A stretch of 43,149 bases of DNA from Bacteroidota bacterium (GCA_030706235.1 JAUZOY010000001.1:1-43149), one strand, 5' to 3'. Counted from the first letter of the stretch, positions 17,508 to 27,487 are shown. Program-made: numbers and translations. The notes: generated by a model from the sequence alone, not told the origin.

Positions 17508-19073
17508 ATGTCTGGTGCAAAAGAAACCCCGAGGCAAAAGATGATAGGTATGATGTATCTTGTTTTAACGGCTATGTTGGCGTTAAACGTTTCAAAAGAT
17601 ATTCTCAATGCCTTTGTAATTGTGAATGAGGGTATGGTAAGAACAAATAAAAATTTTTCTGATAAAATTCAATCAACATACGATGCTTTTGAAAAAGCTT
17701 ATAAAAAAGCTCCAGGGAAAGTAGGTCCTTATTATGATAAAGCTAAAAAGGCAAAGGCTTTATCAGAAGAAATGACGAAGTATATAAAAGATTTAAGAAC
17801 AGAGGTAATAGCTTATACTGACGGTATTGATAAGGGTAAAGCTGAAAATATCTCACTTGAAGAAGTTCAATCAAAGGATAATTTCGATAAACCTATGGAA
17901 ATTTTAATAGGTAATGAAGATAAAAATAATGGTAAGGGTAAAACACTTAAGGAAAAATTAAATAAATTCAAAAAGGAAATGTTGGATTTAATTCCTTCTC
18001 AATACCAGAAAAATGTTAATCTTCCTATTAATACTGAAGATGTTTTAAGTAATACTGAAAAAAAGAAGGAAAAATGGGAAACTGCAATGTTTTTTCATAC
18101 AGTTCTCGCTGCTGATGTCGCTTTATTAAATAAGCTTATTGGTGATGTTAAGAACACAGAAGTTGAAGTTGTAAATGAACTTCTGAAATCCGTTGATGCA
18201 TCAGATTTTAAGTTTGATCAAGTTTGCGCTAAAGTTATACCAAGTAGTAATTATGTAATGCAGGGTGAACAGTATAAAGCTGATATAATTCTTGCTGCAT
18301 ATGATTCCAGACAAGCAGCAGATATTACTATTGGTGGTGCTACTATAAAAACTGAAGATGGTGTTGGTAAATATCAGACTGTTGCTTCTGGTGAAGGTGT
18401 TAGAAAATATGAAGGTGTGATAAAAGTTAAAAAGGCAGACGATGAAAAAGTATATCCTTTCAGTTCTGAATATGTAGTTGCAAGACCTTCGGCAACTATT
18501 TCTCCAACTAAAATGAATGTATTTTATATTGGCGTTGATAATCCTGTATCTATATCTGTACCTGGTGTACCTACTGAAAAAATAAGACCATCTATTTCTG
18601 GTGGAGGTCAATTGGTTCCTAAAGGAAGAGGTGAATATATTGTAAGAGTTACGAAAGCCGGAACTGTAAAAATAAGCGTATCTGCTGAATTAGGAGATAG
18701 TAAATCTAAAACTGTAAAATCTATGGGCGCTCTTGATTTCAGATGTAAAAGAATTCCGGATGCACAGGCTAATATCGGTGGTAAAAGAGAAGGTAAAGTA
18801 TCTAAAGGATTTTTTGCTGCTGCAGGTTCTATAAATCTTGAAATGCCTGGATTTGATTTTGATGTTAAATATAGAATAGTTAGTTTTAAATTCAACTATG
18901 TTACTAAAGCCGGACCAGTTGAAGAAACTTCAAATAGTAACAGATTTACACCTGGTATGTTAGGTGCTATTAATAATCAATCAAGAGGTACTACTATCAG
19001 TTTTAATAATATAAAGATCGCTGGACCTGATGGTGAAAGAACTATTTCTCCAATAGCTTATGTATTACAATAA
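17508..19073 (+). CDS. gldM: Gliding motility / T9SS protein GldM (PorM)
   Basis: N-terminus PRQKMIGMMYLVLTAMLALNVSKDILNAF is typical of GldM. 521 aa. Confidence 0.95.
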   Translation: MSGAKETPRQKMIGMMYLVLTAMLALNVSKDILNAFVIVNEGMVRTNKNFSDKIQSTYDAFEKAYKKAPGKVGPYYDKAKKAKALSEEMTKYIKDLRTEVIAYTDGIDKGKAENISLEEVQSKDNFDKPMEILIGNEDKNNGKGKTLKEKLNKFKKEMLDLIPSQYQKNVNLPINTEDVLSNTEKKKEKWETAMFFHTVLAADVALLNKLIGDVKNTEVEVVNELLKSVDASDFKFDQVCAKVIPSSNYVMQGEQYKADIILAAYDSRQAADITIGGATIKTEDGVGKYQTVASGEGVRKYEGVIKVKKADDEKVYPFSSEYVVARPSATISPTKMNVFYIGVDNPVSISVPGVPTEKIRPSISGGGQLVPKGRGEYIVRVTKAGTVKISVSAELGDSKSKTVKSMGALDFRCKRIPDAQANIGGKREGKVSKGFFAAAGSINLEMPGFDFDVKYRIVSFKFNYVTKAGPVEETSNSNRFTPGMLGAINNQSRGTTISFNNIKIAGPDGERTISPIAYVLQ

Positions 19074-19078
19074 ATAAT

Positions 19079-19954
19079 ATGAAAACAAAACTATTTGCAA
19101 CAATATTTCTTTTAATATTTATAAGCGGTACTGCTTTTTCTCAAGCGGTATTAAGTACTCCTCCATTAGATGGTGCATATAAAAGAGACCATACTGCCGG
19201 AAGAAAAGCAATTCCATATACATATTTAAGAGAAGCTGATGTTATGTGGAGTAAAAGAGTATGGAGAAAATTAGATTTGAGAGAAAAATTAAACCATCCT
19301 CTTTATTATCCACTTAAGCAAATAGATGATTATCAATGTTTGTTTTCTGTATTGAAAAATGCAGTTATGAATGGTGCTATTACAGCATATATGACTCAAA
19401 ATACTGCGTATACATATGATGTTGCTGATCAATTCTTGGTTCCAATGAATCTTGAAGAAGCAAAAATTTCTTTTCAGGAAAGTATTGATTCAATACCTAT
19501 GCAGGATTCTACCGGTCAAACTGTTGTTAAAGCAATTAGAAATAGCTTTAAACCTGAAAATGTAAAACAATATTTAATAAAAGAAGACTGGTTTTTTGAT
19601 AGACAACGTTCAGTTCAGGATGTTAGAATTATAGGCATTAATCCAATTTTGTTTTATTTTAGCGAAGCTCAGGGAAGTGAAATTTCTAAATGGGCAGGAT
19701 GGATTTATTTTCCTCAGGCAAGACCTACTTTAGCTGCTGCTGATGTATATTTAAGACAAAATAGTGCAGAAAAAAGAAGTTTTGATGATATTTTCTTTAA
19801 AAGAATGTTTTCTAGTTTTATTTATAAAGAAGAAAATGTTTATACTAACAGGGAAATCTCTGATTATAAAACATCTACCCTTGATCAGTTACTTGAAGCT
19901 GAAAAAATTAAAAATGACATATTCACTATGGAACATGATCTTTGGGAATGGTAA
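19079..19954 (+). CDS. gldN: Gliding motility / T9SS protein GldN (PorN)
   Basis: Signal peptide, then YTYLREADVMWSKRVWRKLDLREKLN, which is typical of GldN. Last gene of the operon. Confidence 0.93.
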   Translation: MKTKLFATIFLLIFISGTAFSQAVLSTPPLDGAYKRDHTAGRKAIPYTYLREADVMWSKRVWRKLDLREKLNHPLYYPLKQIDDYQCLFSVLKNAVMNGAITAYMTQNTAYTYDVADQFLVPMNLEEAKISFQESIDSIPMQDSTGQTVVKAIRNSFKPENVKQYLIKEDWFFDRQRSVQDVRIIGINPILFYFSEAQGSEISKWAGWIYFPQARPTLAAADVYLRQNSAEKRSFDDIFFKRMFSSFIYKEENVYTNREISDYKTSTLDQLLEAEKIKNDIFTMEHDLWEW

Positions 19955-19980
19955 TATTTTAAATTATTATAAAAATATAA

Positions 19981-20010
19981 AACTCTCATTTTTAATGAGA
20001 GTTTTTTTTT
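19981..20010 (+). terminator. Rho-independent terminator after gldN
   Basis: 10-bp stem AACTCTCATT/AATGAGAGTT (19981-19990 pairs with 19994-20003), a 3-nt loop, then a T-run to 20010. Confidence 0.8.
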
Positions 20011-20017
20011 GTAAAAA

Positions 20018-22123
20018 ATGGATGATAATTTTTCTGATATTCCTATAGAATTTTTAAAAGGCGTTGGCCCTCAGCGTGCTGAATTACTTAGAAATGAGTC
20101 AAATATTTATAAATTTGGCGATCTTCTAACATATTACCCTTTCAGATATGTTGATAGAAGTAAATTTTATAAAATTTCTGAATTAAATGATGATCTCCCA
20201 TATGTGCAATTAATTGGAAAAATTATTGATATAGAATTATTGGGAAAGAATACCTCAAGCAGATTAGTAGCTAATTTTACTGACGGAACAGGTATTATCG
20301 AACTTATATGGTTTAAAGGAATAAAATGGATAAAAGATTCTATAAAGAAAAATACTTTATATATCGTATTTGGAAAAGCTACTTCTTTTAAAGGTATTTT
20401 TAATATTGCTCATCCGGAAATTGAATTAGCTAATGATGAGAATTTAAAAATTATCTCATCTCTGCAACCTGTGTATAATTCTACTGAAAAGCTTAAATCA
20501 AAAGGATTAGATAGTAAAGGAATTTCAAAGTTGATTCGACAATTGTTTAATCATCCTGACTTCTATTTACATGAAACTTTAAATAAGAATTTAATTAATA
20601 ATTTAAAATTTATTTCTAAAAGAGAAGCTTTAATTAATATTCATTTACCAAAAAATTTTGAATATTTAATTCAGGCACAAAGAAGACTGAAATTTGAAGA
20701 GCTGTTTTTTATTCAATTAAAAATATTAAGACAGCAATATGATAGAAAAAATTATATTAAAGGTTATGTTTTTGATAAGGTAGGGAATTATTTTAATTCT
20801 TTCTACAATAATAATTTAAAATTTGAACTAACAAATGCTCAAAAAAGAGTAATTAAAGAAATACGTTTTGATTTTAAGTCGGGAAAGCAAATGAACAGAC
20901 TACTACAAGGTGATGTAGGCAGTGGTAAAACTCTTGTAGCTTTAATGGTGATGTTAATTGCGCTGGATAATAATTTTCAGGCTTGTTTAATGGCTCCAAC
21001 TGAAATATTAGCTATTCAGCATTTTAATACAATTTCTAAATTTCTTAATGGGCTTGATATATATATATCTTTATTAACGGGATCTACAAAATCATCACAA
21101 AGGAAAATTATAAGTGAGAATTTACAGAATGGTAGTCTGCAAATTCTAATAGGAACTCATGCACTAATAGAGGATAATGTGCAGTTTAAAAGTTTAGGAA
21201 TTTCTGTAATTGATGAACAGCATAGGTTTGGCGTTGAGCAAAGATCAAAATTGTGGAAAAAAAGTTCTGCATATCCGCATGTTCTTGTAATGACCGCTAC
21301 CCCAATACCAAGAACTTTAGCTATGACTTTGTATGGTGATCTTGATGTTTCAATAATTGATGAGTTACCACCCGGACGTAAGCCAATTAAGACAATACAT
21401 AAATATGACAGTAGTAGATTACGTGTGTTCGGATTTATGAAGGAACAAATATCAAAAGGGCGTCAGGTTTATGTGGTTTATCCATTGATAAATGAGTCAG
21501 AAACTCTGGACTTAAAACATCTTATGGATGGGTATGATAGTATTACAAAAGAATTTCCCTTACCCGAATATGCCGTAAGTATAGTTCATGGTCAGATGAA
21601 ACCTGCTGATAAGGATTATGAAATGGATAGATTTAAAAGAGGTGAAACTCAGATAATGGTCGCTACGACTGTTATAGAAGTCGGTGTAGATGTTCCTAAT
21701 GCATCTGTAATGATAATTGAAAATGCAGAAAGATTCGGTTTAGCTCAATTACATCAACTAAGAGGACGTGTAGGCCGTGGAAATGATCAGTCATATTGTA
21801 TATTGATGACCTCTGATAAATTAAGTACAGATGGTAAGGTACGTATTGAAACTATGGTAAAAACTAATGATGGTTTCGAAATAGCTGATGTTGATTTAAA
21901 ATTAAGGGGTCCGGGAAATATTGAAGGAACACAACAAAGTGGAGTACTTGATCTTAAATTGGCTGACCTGAGTAAAGATGCTCAGATGTTACAATATGCC
22001 AGAAAAATTGCTTCTGAAATTTTAAATGATGATCCTGATTTAAATAAAGAAGATAATTTAATTCTCAAAAGACAACTTAACTTATTAAATAAAAACAGAA
22101 AAAACTGGAGCCTGATTAGTTAA
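20018..22123 (+). CDS. recG: ATP-dependent DNA helicase RecG
   Basis: 701 aa with a wedge/OB N-terminal domain, Walker A GDVGSGKT, DEQHRFG, and the TATPIPRTL and QLHQLRGRVGRG motifs. Confidence 0.95.
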   Translation: MDDNFSDIPIEFLKGVGPQRAELLRNESNIYKFGDLLTYYPFRYVDRSKFYKISELNDDLPYVQLIGKIIDIELLGKNTSSRLVANFTDGTGIIELIWFKGIKWIKDSIKKNTLYIVFGKATSFKGIFNIAHPEIELANDENLKIISSLQPVYNSTEKLKSKGLDSKGISKLIRQLFNHPDFYLHETLNKNLINNLKFISKREALINIHLPKNFEYLIQAQRRLKFEELFFIQLKILRQQYDRKNYIKGYVFDKVGNYFNSFYNNNLKFELTNAQKRVIKEIRFDFKSGKQMNRLLQGDVGSGKTLVALMVMLIALDNNFQACLMAPTEILAIQHFNTISKFLNGLDIYISLLTGSTKSSQRKIISENLQNGSLQILIGTHALIEDNVQFKSLGISVIDEQHRFGVEQRSKLWKKSSAYPHVLVMTATPIPRTLAMTLYGDLDVSIIDELPPGRKPIKTIHKYDSSRLRVFGFMKEQISKGRQVYVVYPLINESETLDLKHLMDGYDSITKEFPLPEYAVSIVHGQMKPADKDYEMDRFKRGETQIMVATTVIEVGVDVPNASVMIIENAERFGLAQLHQLRGRVGRGNDQSYCILMTSDKLSTDGKVRIETMVKTNDGFEIADVDLKLRGPGNIEGTQQSGVLDLKLADLSKDAQMLQYARKIASEILNDDPDLNKEDNLILKRQLNLLNKNRKNWSLIS

Positions 22124-22226
22124 TAGTTGAAAAGTTTAAATCAAAAAGTTAAGGAATTATCGTAATTTTACAAATTTGATAATTTTGCTCTAGAATAATA
22201 TTAATACCTGAAAATAAATTAATTAT

Positions 22227-25200
22227 ATGCCCGATTTTGCCCATTTGCATGTACATACTCAATATTCTATTCTTGATGGTGCTGCCCCGATTAGTTCTTT
22301 AATAAAAAAAGTGAAAGATAATGGAATGAAATCCATTGCTATTACTGATCATGGGGATATGTATGGAGTTGCGGAATTTGTAAAAACGGCATTAAAAAGT
22401 GATATTAAGCCTATTATCGGTTGTGAATTTTATATAGCTCCTAATGATAGGTTTGACAGAAAAGATTCAACAAGATATCACCAATTACTTTTAGCTAAAA
22501 ATATGCAAGGATATAAAAATCTTGCTAAGCTTTGTTCATTGGGATTTGTTGAAGGTTATTATTATAAACCACGAATAGATAAAGAGCTAATAAGAAAATA
22601 TAAAGAGGGGCTTATTGCAACAACCTGTTGTCTTGCAGGAGAAATCCCGAGAACAATTCTGAGAAAGGGTGAAGAAGCGGGTGAAAAAGTTTTTCTGGAA
22701 TGGCTTGATATATTTGGTGATGATTATTATATTGAACTTCAGAGACATGATATTGAAGATCAGAATAAATGTAATGAAATATTACTGAAGTGGTCAAAAA
22801 AATATAATGTTAAGGTAATTGCTACTAATGATGTTCATTATATAGACCATCAGGACTCACAGGCACAGGATATTTTGTTATGTCTACAGACAGGGAAGGA
22901 TTATGATGATCCAAACAGAATGAGATTCGACGGGGATAAATTCTATCTTAAAACCAAAGAAGAGATGGCTGAAACTTTTTCAGATATTCCCGAAGCACTG
23001 GAAAATACTATTGAGCTTACAGATAAAGTAGAAATAATAAAACTGGACAGAAAAATTTTGCTGCCTGTTTTCCCATTACCTGAAGGTTTTGCCGGTCCCG
23101 ATGACTATCTGACATACCTTTGTTTTGAAGGAGCAAAAAAACGTTATGGAGCCTTAACTGATACTGTAAAAGAAAGAATAGATTATGAGCTTTCTGTGAT
23201 AAAGAATATGGGTTTTGGAGGGTATTTCCTGATAGTACAAGATTTTATTAGCGCAGCCAGAAAGTTGGGCGTATCTGTAGGTCCCGGAAGAGGTTCTGCT
23301 GCCGGATCAGTTGTTGCATATTGTATAGGAATAACAAATATAGACCCTCTTAAATATGACTTACTCTTTGAACGATTTCTTAATCCGGAAAGAATTAGTA
23401 TGCCTGATATCGATATCGATTTTGATGATGATGGTCGTCAGAGAGTAATAGGTTGGGTCATAGAAAAATATGGAAAAGAGAGAGTCGCTCAGATAGTTAC
23501 ATTTGGAACTATGGCTGCCAAATCAGCAATAAAGGATGTTGCCAGAGTTTTAAAATTGCCATTACAGGAGGCAAACAGATTAACCAAACTTGTGCCTGAT
23601 AAATTAAATACAACATTAAAAAAAGCATTCGAAGAGGTTAAAGAACTTGCAGAAGAAAAGAAAGGCGATACGTTAGTATCAAAAACATTATATTATGCGG
23701 AAGCTCTTGAAGGCTCTGTAAGACAAACCGGAATACATGCTGCGGGTGTAATAATTGCTCCTGATAATCTGATTGATTATGTGCCTCTATGTACTGCAAA
23801 AGATGCTGAACTTCTGGTAACTCAGTATGAAGGTAAGTATATTGAATCTGTAGGAATGCTGAAAATGGACTTTTTAGGTCTTAGAACACTTTCAATAATA
23901 AAAGATGCAATAAACTTGATTAAAAGTACAAAGAATTTAGATGTAGAAATCGATACTATACCACTTGATGATGCTAAAACTTTAGAGTTATACCAAAAAG
24001 GAGACACAATAGGAACGTTTCAGTTTGAATCCGATGGTATGAGAGCATATCTTAAAGAACTAAAGCCTACTTCAATAGATGATCTGATTGCAATGAATGC
24101 CTTGTATCGTCCAGGCCCTATGGATTATATACCACAATTTATCGATTGTAAAACAGGTAAGAAGAAAGTGGAATATCCACATCCTTTACTGGAAGGAATA
24201 TTGAAAAATACTTATGGAATAATGGTATATCAGGAGCAGATAATGCAGACTGCTCAGATTATGGCCGGTTTTTCTCTTGGCTCTGCTGACTTATTGCGAA
24301 GAGCAATGGGAAAGAAAGATATGGCGACAATGGAGAAACAAAAAGGAGTATTTATCGAAGGTGCTGTGAAAAACGGTGTTGATGCTAAAAATGCAGAAGA
24401 TGTCTTTGGTATAATGACAAAATTTGCTGAATATGGGTTCAATAAATCGCATTCAGCTGCATATTCTGTCCTTGCATATCAGACTGGTTACCTGAAGGCT
24501 CATTACCCTGCAGAATATATGGCAGCGGTTCTGAGTCGTAATATGGATGATATCAAAAAAGTTTCATTCTATATGGATGAATGCAAAAAAATGGGGATAA
24601 GGATTCTTGGACCTGATATTAATGAAAGTAACTATAAATTTGTAGTAAATAAAAAAGGAGAGATAAGGTTTGGTCTTGGTGCTGTAAAAGGAGTAGGTGA
24701 AGCGGCTATTGAAGCAATATTAGCAGAAATAAATGAACATGGACAATTCAAGAGTATATTTGATCTTACAAAAAGGATTAATCTGCGTGCGGTAAATAAA
24801 AAATGTCTTGAAGCTCTTGCCTATGCAGGGGCATTTGATAGTTTTGAAGGAGTTAAGAGATCACAATATTTTTATCAGCAAAATGAAAATGATCCAAATT
24901 TGATCGAAAGAGCGATAAGGTATGGCGGTATAGCCCAATCTGAACAATTCTCTGTACAACAATCTCTGTTTGGTGATGAAGATGGTAAAGAGGAAGTTCC
25001 TGAACCCACAATACCACAATGTGAAGAATGGAATAATCTGGAATTGCTTAAGTATGAAAAAGAAGTCATAGGCCTCTATCTTTCGGGACATCCTTTGGAT
25101 GATTATAAGATTGAGATGGAAAATTTTTGTAATATAACCATTGCAGATCTTAATACAATACTGGAGTCAAAAACAGAATGTAAAAAAAATATTGGCAAAG

Positions 25201-25700
25201 AATTTTCTATTGCCGGTATAGTTACTGATGCTGTTCATAAGTTTACAAAGACCGGTAAACCAATGGGAACAATGGATTTTGAGGATTATAGCGGTCAGAT
25301 ACAATTTGCTTTTTTCTCGGACGATTATGTTAAAAATACAAGTTTTTTAAGCAAAGGATGGTTTCTGTATATAAAAGGGAAAATACAAAACAGATTCAGA
25401 TCAGAAGATATATTTGAGTTCAAAATTCAGAGTATTTCTCTGTTGTCCGAAGTTTTCTCCAAACATGCAAATTCCCTGACGCTTAATATACCTGTAGTTG
25501 AAATAAATGAAAATCTTATAAAGCAGCTTATCAGTCTGATTGAACAACACAATAAAGGTAAATGCAAACTAAAGATCAATATCTTTGATCATATTGAGAA
25601 GGTCGGCGTTGAGATGACTTCACGAAAATATACTGTCGATGGGTCAGGATTTCTTCGTGATATCCGCAAAATGACTGAGATAAAATATAAATTAGGATGA
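22227..25700 (+). CDS. dnaE: DNA polymerase III alpha subunit
   Basis: 1157 aa with a PHP domain (FAHLHVHTQYSILDG), the palm motif PDIDIDF, and the fingers, HhH and OB-fold regions. Confidence 0.97.
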   Translation: MPDFAHLHVHTQYSILDGAAPISSLIKKVKDNGMKSIAITDHGDMYGVAEFVKTALKSDIKPIIGCEFYIAPNDRFDRKDSTRYHQLLLAKNMQGYKNLAKLCSLGFVEGYYYKPRIDKELIRKYKEGLIATTCCLAGEIPRTILRKGEEAGEKVFLEWLDIFGDDYYIELQRHDIEDQNKCNEILLKWSKKYNVKVIATNDVHYIDHQDSQAQDILLCLQTGKDYDDPNRMRFDGDKFYLKTKEEMAETFSDIPEALENTIELTDKVEIIKLDRKILLPVFPLPEGFAGPDDYLTYLCFEGAKKRYGALTDTVKERIDYELSVIKNMGFGGYFLIVQDFISAARKLGVSVGPGRGSAAGSVVAYCIGITNIDPLKYDLLFERFLNPERISMPDIDIDFDDDGRQRVIGWVIEKYGKERVAQIVTFGTMAAKSAIKDVARVLKLPLQEANRLTKLVPDKLNTTLKKAFEEVKELAEEKKGDTLVSKTLYYAEALEGSVRQTGIHAAGVIIAPDNLIDYVPLCTAKDAELLVTQYEGKYIESVGMLKMDFLGLRTLSIIKDAINLIKSTKNLDVEIDTIPLDDAKTLELYQKGDTIGTFQFESDGMRAYLKELKPTSIDDLIAMNALYRPGPMDYIPQFIDCKTGKKKVEYPHPLLEGILKNTYGIMVYQEQIMQTAQIMAGFSLGSADLLRRAMGKKDMATMEKQKGVFIEGAVKNGVDAKNAEDVFGIMTKFAEYGFNKSHSAAYSVLAYQTGYLKAHYPAEYMAAVLSRNMDDIKKVSFYMDECKKMGIRILGPDINESNYKFVVNKKGEIRFGLGAVKGVGEAAIEAILAEINEHGQFKSIFDLTKRINLRAVNKKCLEALAYAGAFDSFEGVKRSQYFYQQNENDPNLIERAIRYGGIAQSEQFSVQQSLFGDEDGKEEVPEPTIPQCEEWNNLELLKYEKEVIGLYLSGHPLDDYKIEMENFCNITIADLNTILESKTECKKNIGKEFSIAGIVTDAVHKFTKTGKPMGTMDFEDYSGQIQFAFFSDDYVKNTSFLSKGWFLYIKGKIQNRFRSEDIFEFKIQSISLLSEVFSKHANSLTLNIPVVEINENLIKQLISLIEQHNKGKCKLKINIFDHIEKVGVEMTSRKYTVDGSGFLRDIRKMTEIKYKLG

Positions 25701-25717
25701 TGTGCTGATGAAGCTAT

Positions 25718-26362
25718 TTATTTAAAGCTACTCTTCTTTTTTCTTTTCCAGATTATCATTAAATATCCATAGCAGGATGCAAAAATCAACAGCCATATTA
25801 TTGATTTTTCTAATATGAAATTTAAGCTTCTAGCTTTCTCTATAGATAAATACTCAAATAATGTGACAATATTTTGGATAAAATAAATCAATAATCCTGT
25901 CCATATCCATAGGTTATCATTAGTCCAGAAATATTTTTCCGGAATATCAGTTTTAATATTTTTAAATCTTACAGCCTGTTTTTTCAGCCATTTCGATTTT
26001 CGTCTTTTAAGAAACCATATCCAAAAAGGGAAAGTAAGGATTATAAAAAGTAAACTTATCAGATTTCTCAAGCAAGGGATTACTCCTCCACACTCAGGAC
26101 AATAATAACCAAACCAATTTTTAAATAATGTCTTATTCAAACTTGTCCAGATTCTTCCATTATTTATTTTACCACAATGAGGGCAAGGAATAAAATATCT
26201 TTCAGCAAATGGTTTTTCATTATCCCTGTCAATCAAAATAACTTTAGGAATTCTTAGTCCGAAAATCAATTCTCCCAATATTATTCCCGGGTTTAAAATC
26301 CAGTGAAGCATAGAAAAACTTTTCCATGTTCGTATCTCGTATTTAGTTTTGTCGAATTCCAT
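25718..26362 (-). CDS. Membrane protein with a CxxC...CxxC zinc-ribbon (unknown function)
   Basis: Contains CPHCGKINNG...YYCPECGG between hydrophobic segments, a WILNPG motif near the N-terminus and about 4 predicted TM helices. I recognise no family with a known function. Confidence 0.6.
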   Translation of the reverse strand: MEFDKTKYEIRTWKSFSMLHWILNPGIILGELIFGLRIPKVILIDRDNEKPFAERYFIPCPHCGKINNGRIWTSLNKTLFKNWFGYYCPECGGVIPCLRNLISLLFIILTFPFWIWFLKRRKSKWLKKQAVRFKNIKTDIPEKYFWTNDNLWIWTGLLIYFIQNIVTLFEYLSIEKARSLNFILEKSIIWLLIFASCYGYLMIIWKRKKKSSFK

Positions 26363-26461
26363 TATAGAAATTTATTTAGATAATTTAAGGGAAAAAGCAT
26401 CATAACTGCATGAGATGTTTTATCTGCAAAGATCGCTGATTCTTTTAAAAACAGAATAATA

Positions 26462-27217
26462 CTATTTCTTGTTTATGCTATTTAATGTATCCGGTTTTTC
26501 TTCCTGGGGTTTATTCTTTTTCCCTAAAGTATAATAAATACCACAGGTAAAATTTAAATCCATAATATTTCCATATTCAAAAGTACCAATCAATCGTACA
26601 TAATTTAATTCAGTTCTGATTTTGTAGCTTTCTTTAAAAGGAAATTCAAATCCTGCACCTATATGATATCCTAATGGCGTTTTGCCCATGATTTCATATG
26701 CATTTCCTGAATAGTAATTTTCATCTATTTTATAAATCCAATTTCCATTGAAATTATCAGGATGACCACTCTCAATCAAACCTTCCTTATGTGAATTTAC
26801 AAGTATATTAAAACTAAATCCAATATTGAAAAAAGCATAACATGATTTAATTTTAGTATTAATTTCCGGACCAAGGTTTAATGATAAATAGACAAAATTC
26901 AGATAAGAATTATCACTATAAGAATCTGCTAAACCTAAATTAAGATAATTATATGAAAAAGACCTGAAAGTATAATTCAGAGATGCATTAAAACATATTT
27001 TACTTTTCTCAGGTTTGTTTATATAATTTATACCAAGGCAGAAACCTGGATGTGTATTATAATTTAATTTAGTATAATAACTTTTACGTTCTGAATTATC
27101 AGATATTAATGTATAGTTATACCCTGCTTTAAAACCTAAAAGATTCTGTCCTTTTGAAGAATTCAATAAGAAGAAAGATATAACTACAAATAGACAAAAT
27201 TTATAATTCGTTTCCAT
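26462..27217 (-). CDS. Small outer-membrane beta-barrel protein (OmpW/porin-like fold, unknown function)
   Basis: Signal peptide, alternating aromatic/hydrophilic beta-strand pattern, and GIYYTL near the C-terminus. The track start at 27220 is TTG; the adjacent ATG at 27217 is the likelier start. Confidence 0.7.
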   Translation of the reverse strand: METNYKFCLFVVISFFLLNSSKGQNLLGFKAGYNYTLISDNSERKSYYTKLNYNTHPGFCLGINYINKPEKSKICFNASLNYTFRSFSYNYLNLGLADSYSDNSYLNFVYLSLNLGPEINTKIKSCYAFFNIGFSFNILVNSHKEGLIESGHPDNFNGNWIYKIDENYYSGNAYEIMGKTPLGYHIGAGFEFPFKESYKIRTELNYVRLIGTFEYGNIMDLNFTCGIYYTLGKKNKPQEEKPDTLNSINKK

Positions 27218-27250
27218 CAACTATTAATTATAATTTATTGAATAAGCATT

Positions 27251-27360
27251 TGAACTCCCTGAACGGTGGCTGTGGCTTGCTGGGTTGTGCTCAGGTTTTT
27301 CAGGATAACGAAGTTGTGGTTTTGCATAGTCGCCCAGGTCGGCAAACATCTGTACCGATT
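27251..27360. other. Compositional island of about 51% G+C: unassigned candidate leader RNA, sRNA or small-peptide locus
   Basis: Hand count gives 56 G+C in 110 nt, against 8/60 in the adjacent 27421-27480. Five of six frames are open across it. It lies between the KAS-like gene stop and the OMP gene start. Confidence 0.4.
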
Positions 27361-27414
27361 AAATTTTCTAATGCCATAGTGAATGATTTTAAAAATGTTA
27401 ATAATATCTAAACG

Positions 27415-27422
27415 CAAAGCTA
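27415..27422 (-). promoter_or_regulatory. Candidate -7 promoter box (TAGCTTTG on minus strand) upstream of the G+C island and OMP gene
   Basis: Matches TAnnTTTG, with no clear -33 TTTG. It would give a leader of about 190 nt that contains the island. Confidence 0.35.
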
Positions 27423-27487
27423 TAATAATTTTTTGTATATGGGTTAAATTATTATTTATTAGTATTAGATTTTTGTTTGATATTTGT

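Noticed and set aside
19764-20048. 94-aa plus-strand ORF spanning the end of gldN, the terminator and the recG start
   Set aside because: It overlaps gldN out of frame, reads through a strong terminator hairpin and gives a low-complexity K/L/I-rich translation, so I consider it spurious.
27331-27349. CCAGGTCGG in the G+C island resembles the 5' side of the SRP-RNA domain IV motif; on the other strand CCGACCTGGGCG resembles the 3' motif of ZTP riboswitches
   Set aside because: The obligatory partner motifs are missing. There is no GGAAGCAGC-type 3' side or GNAR tetraloop arrangement for SRP RNA, and no upstream ACTGGCG-type pseudoknot partner for ZTP. These look like chance partial matches.
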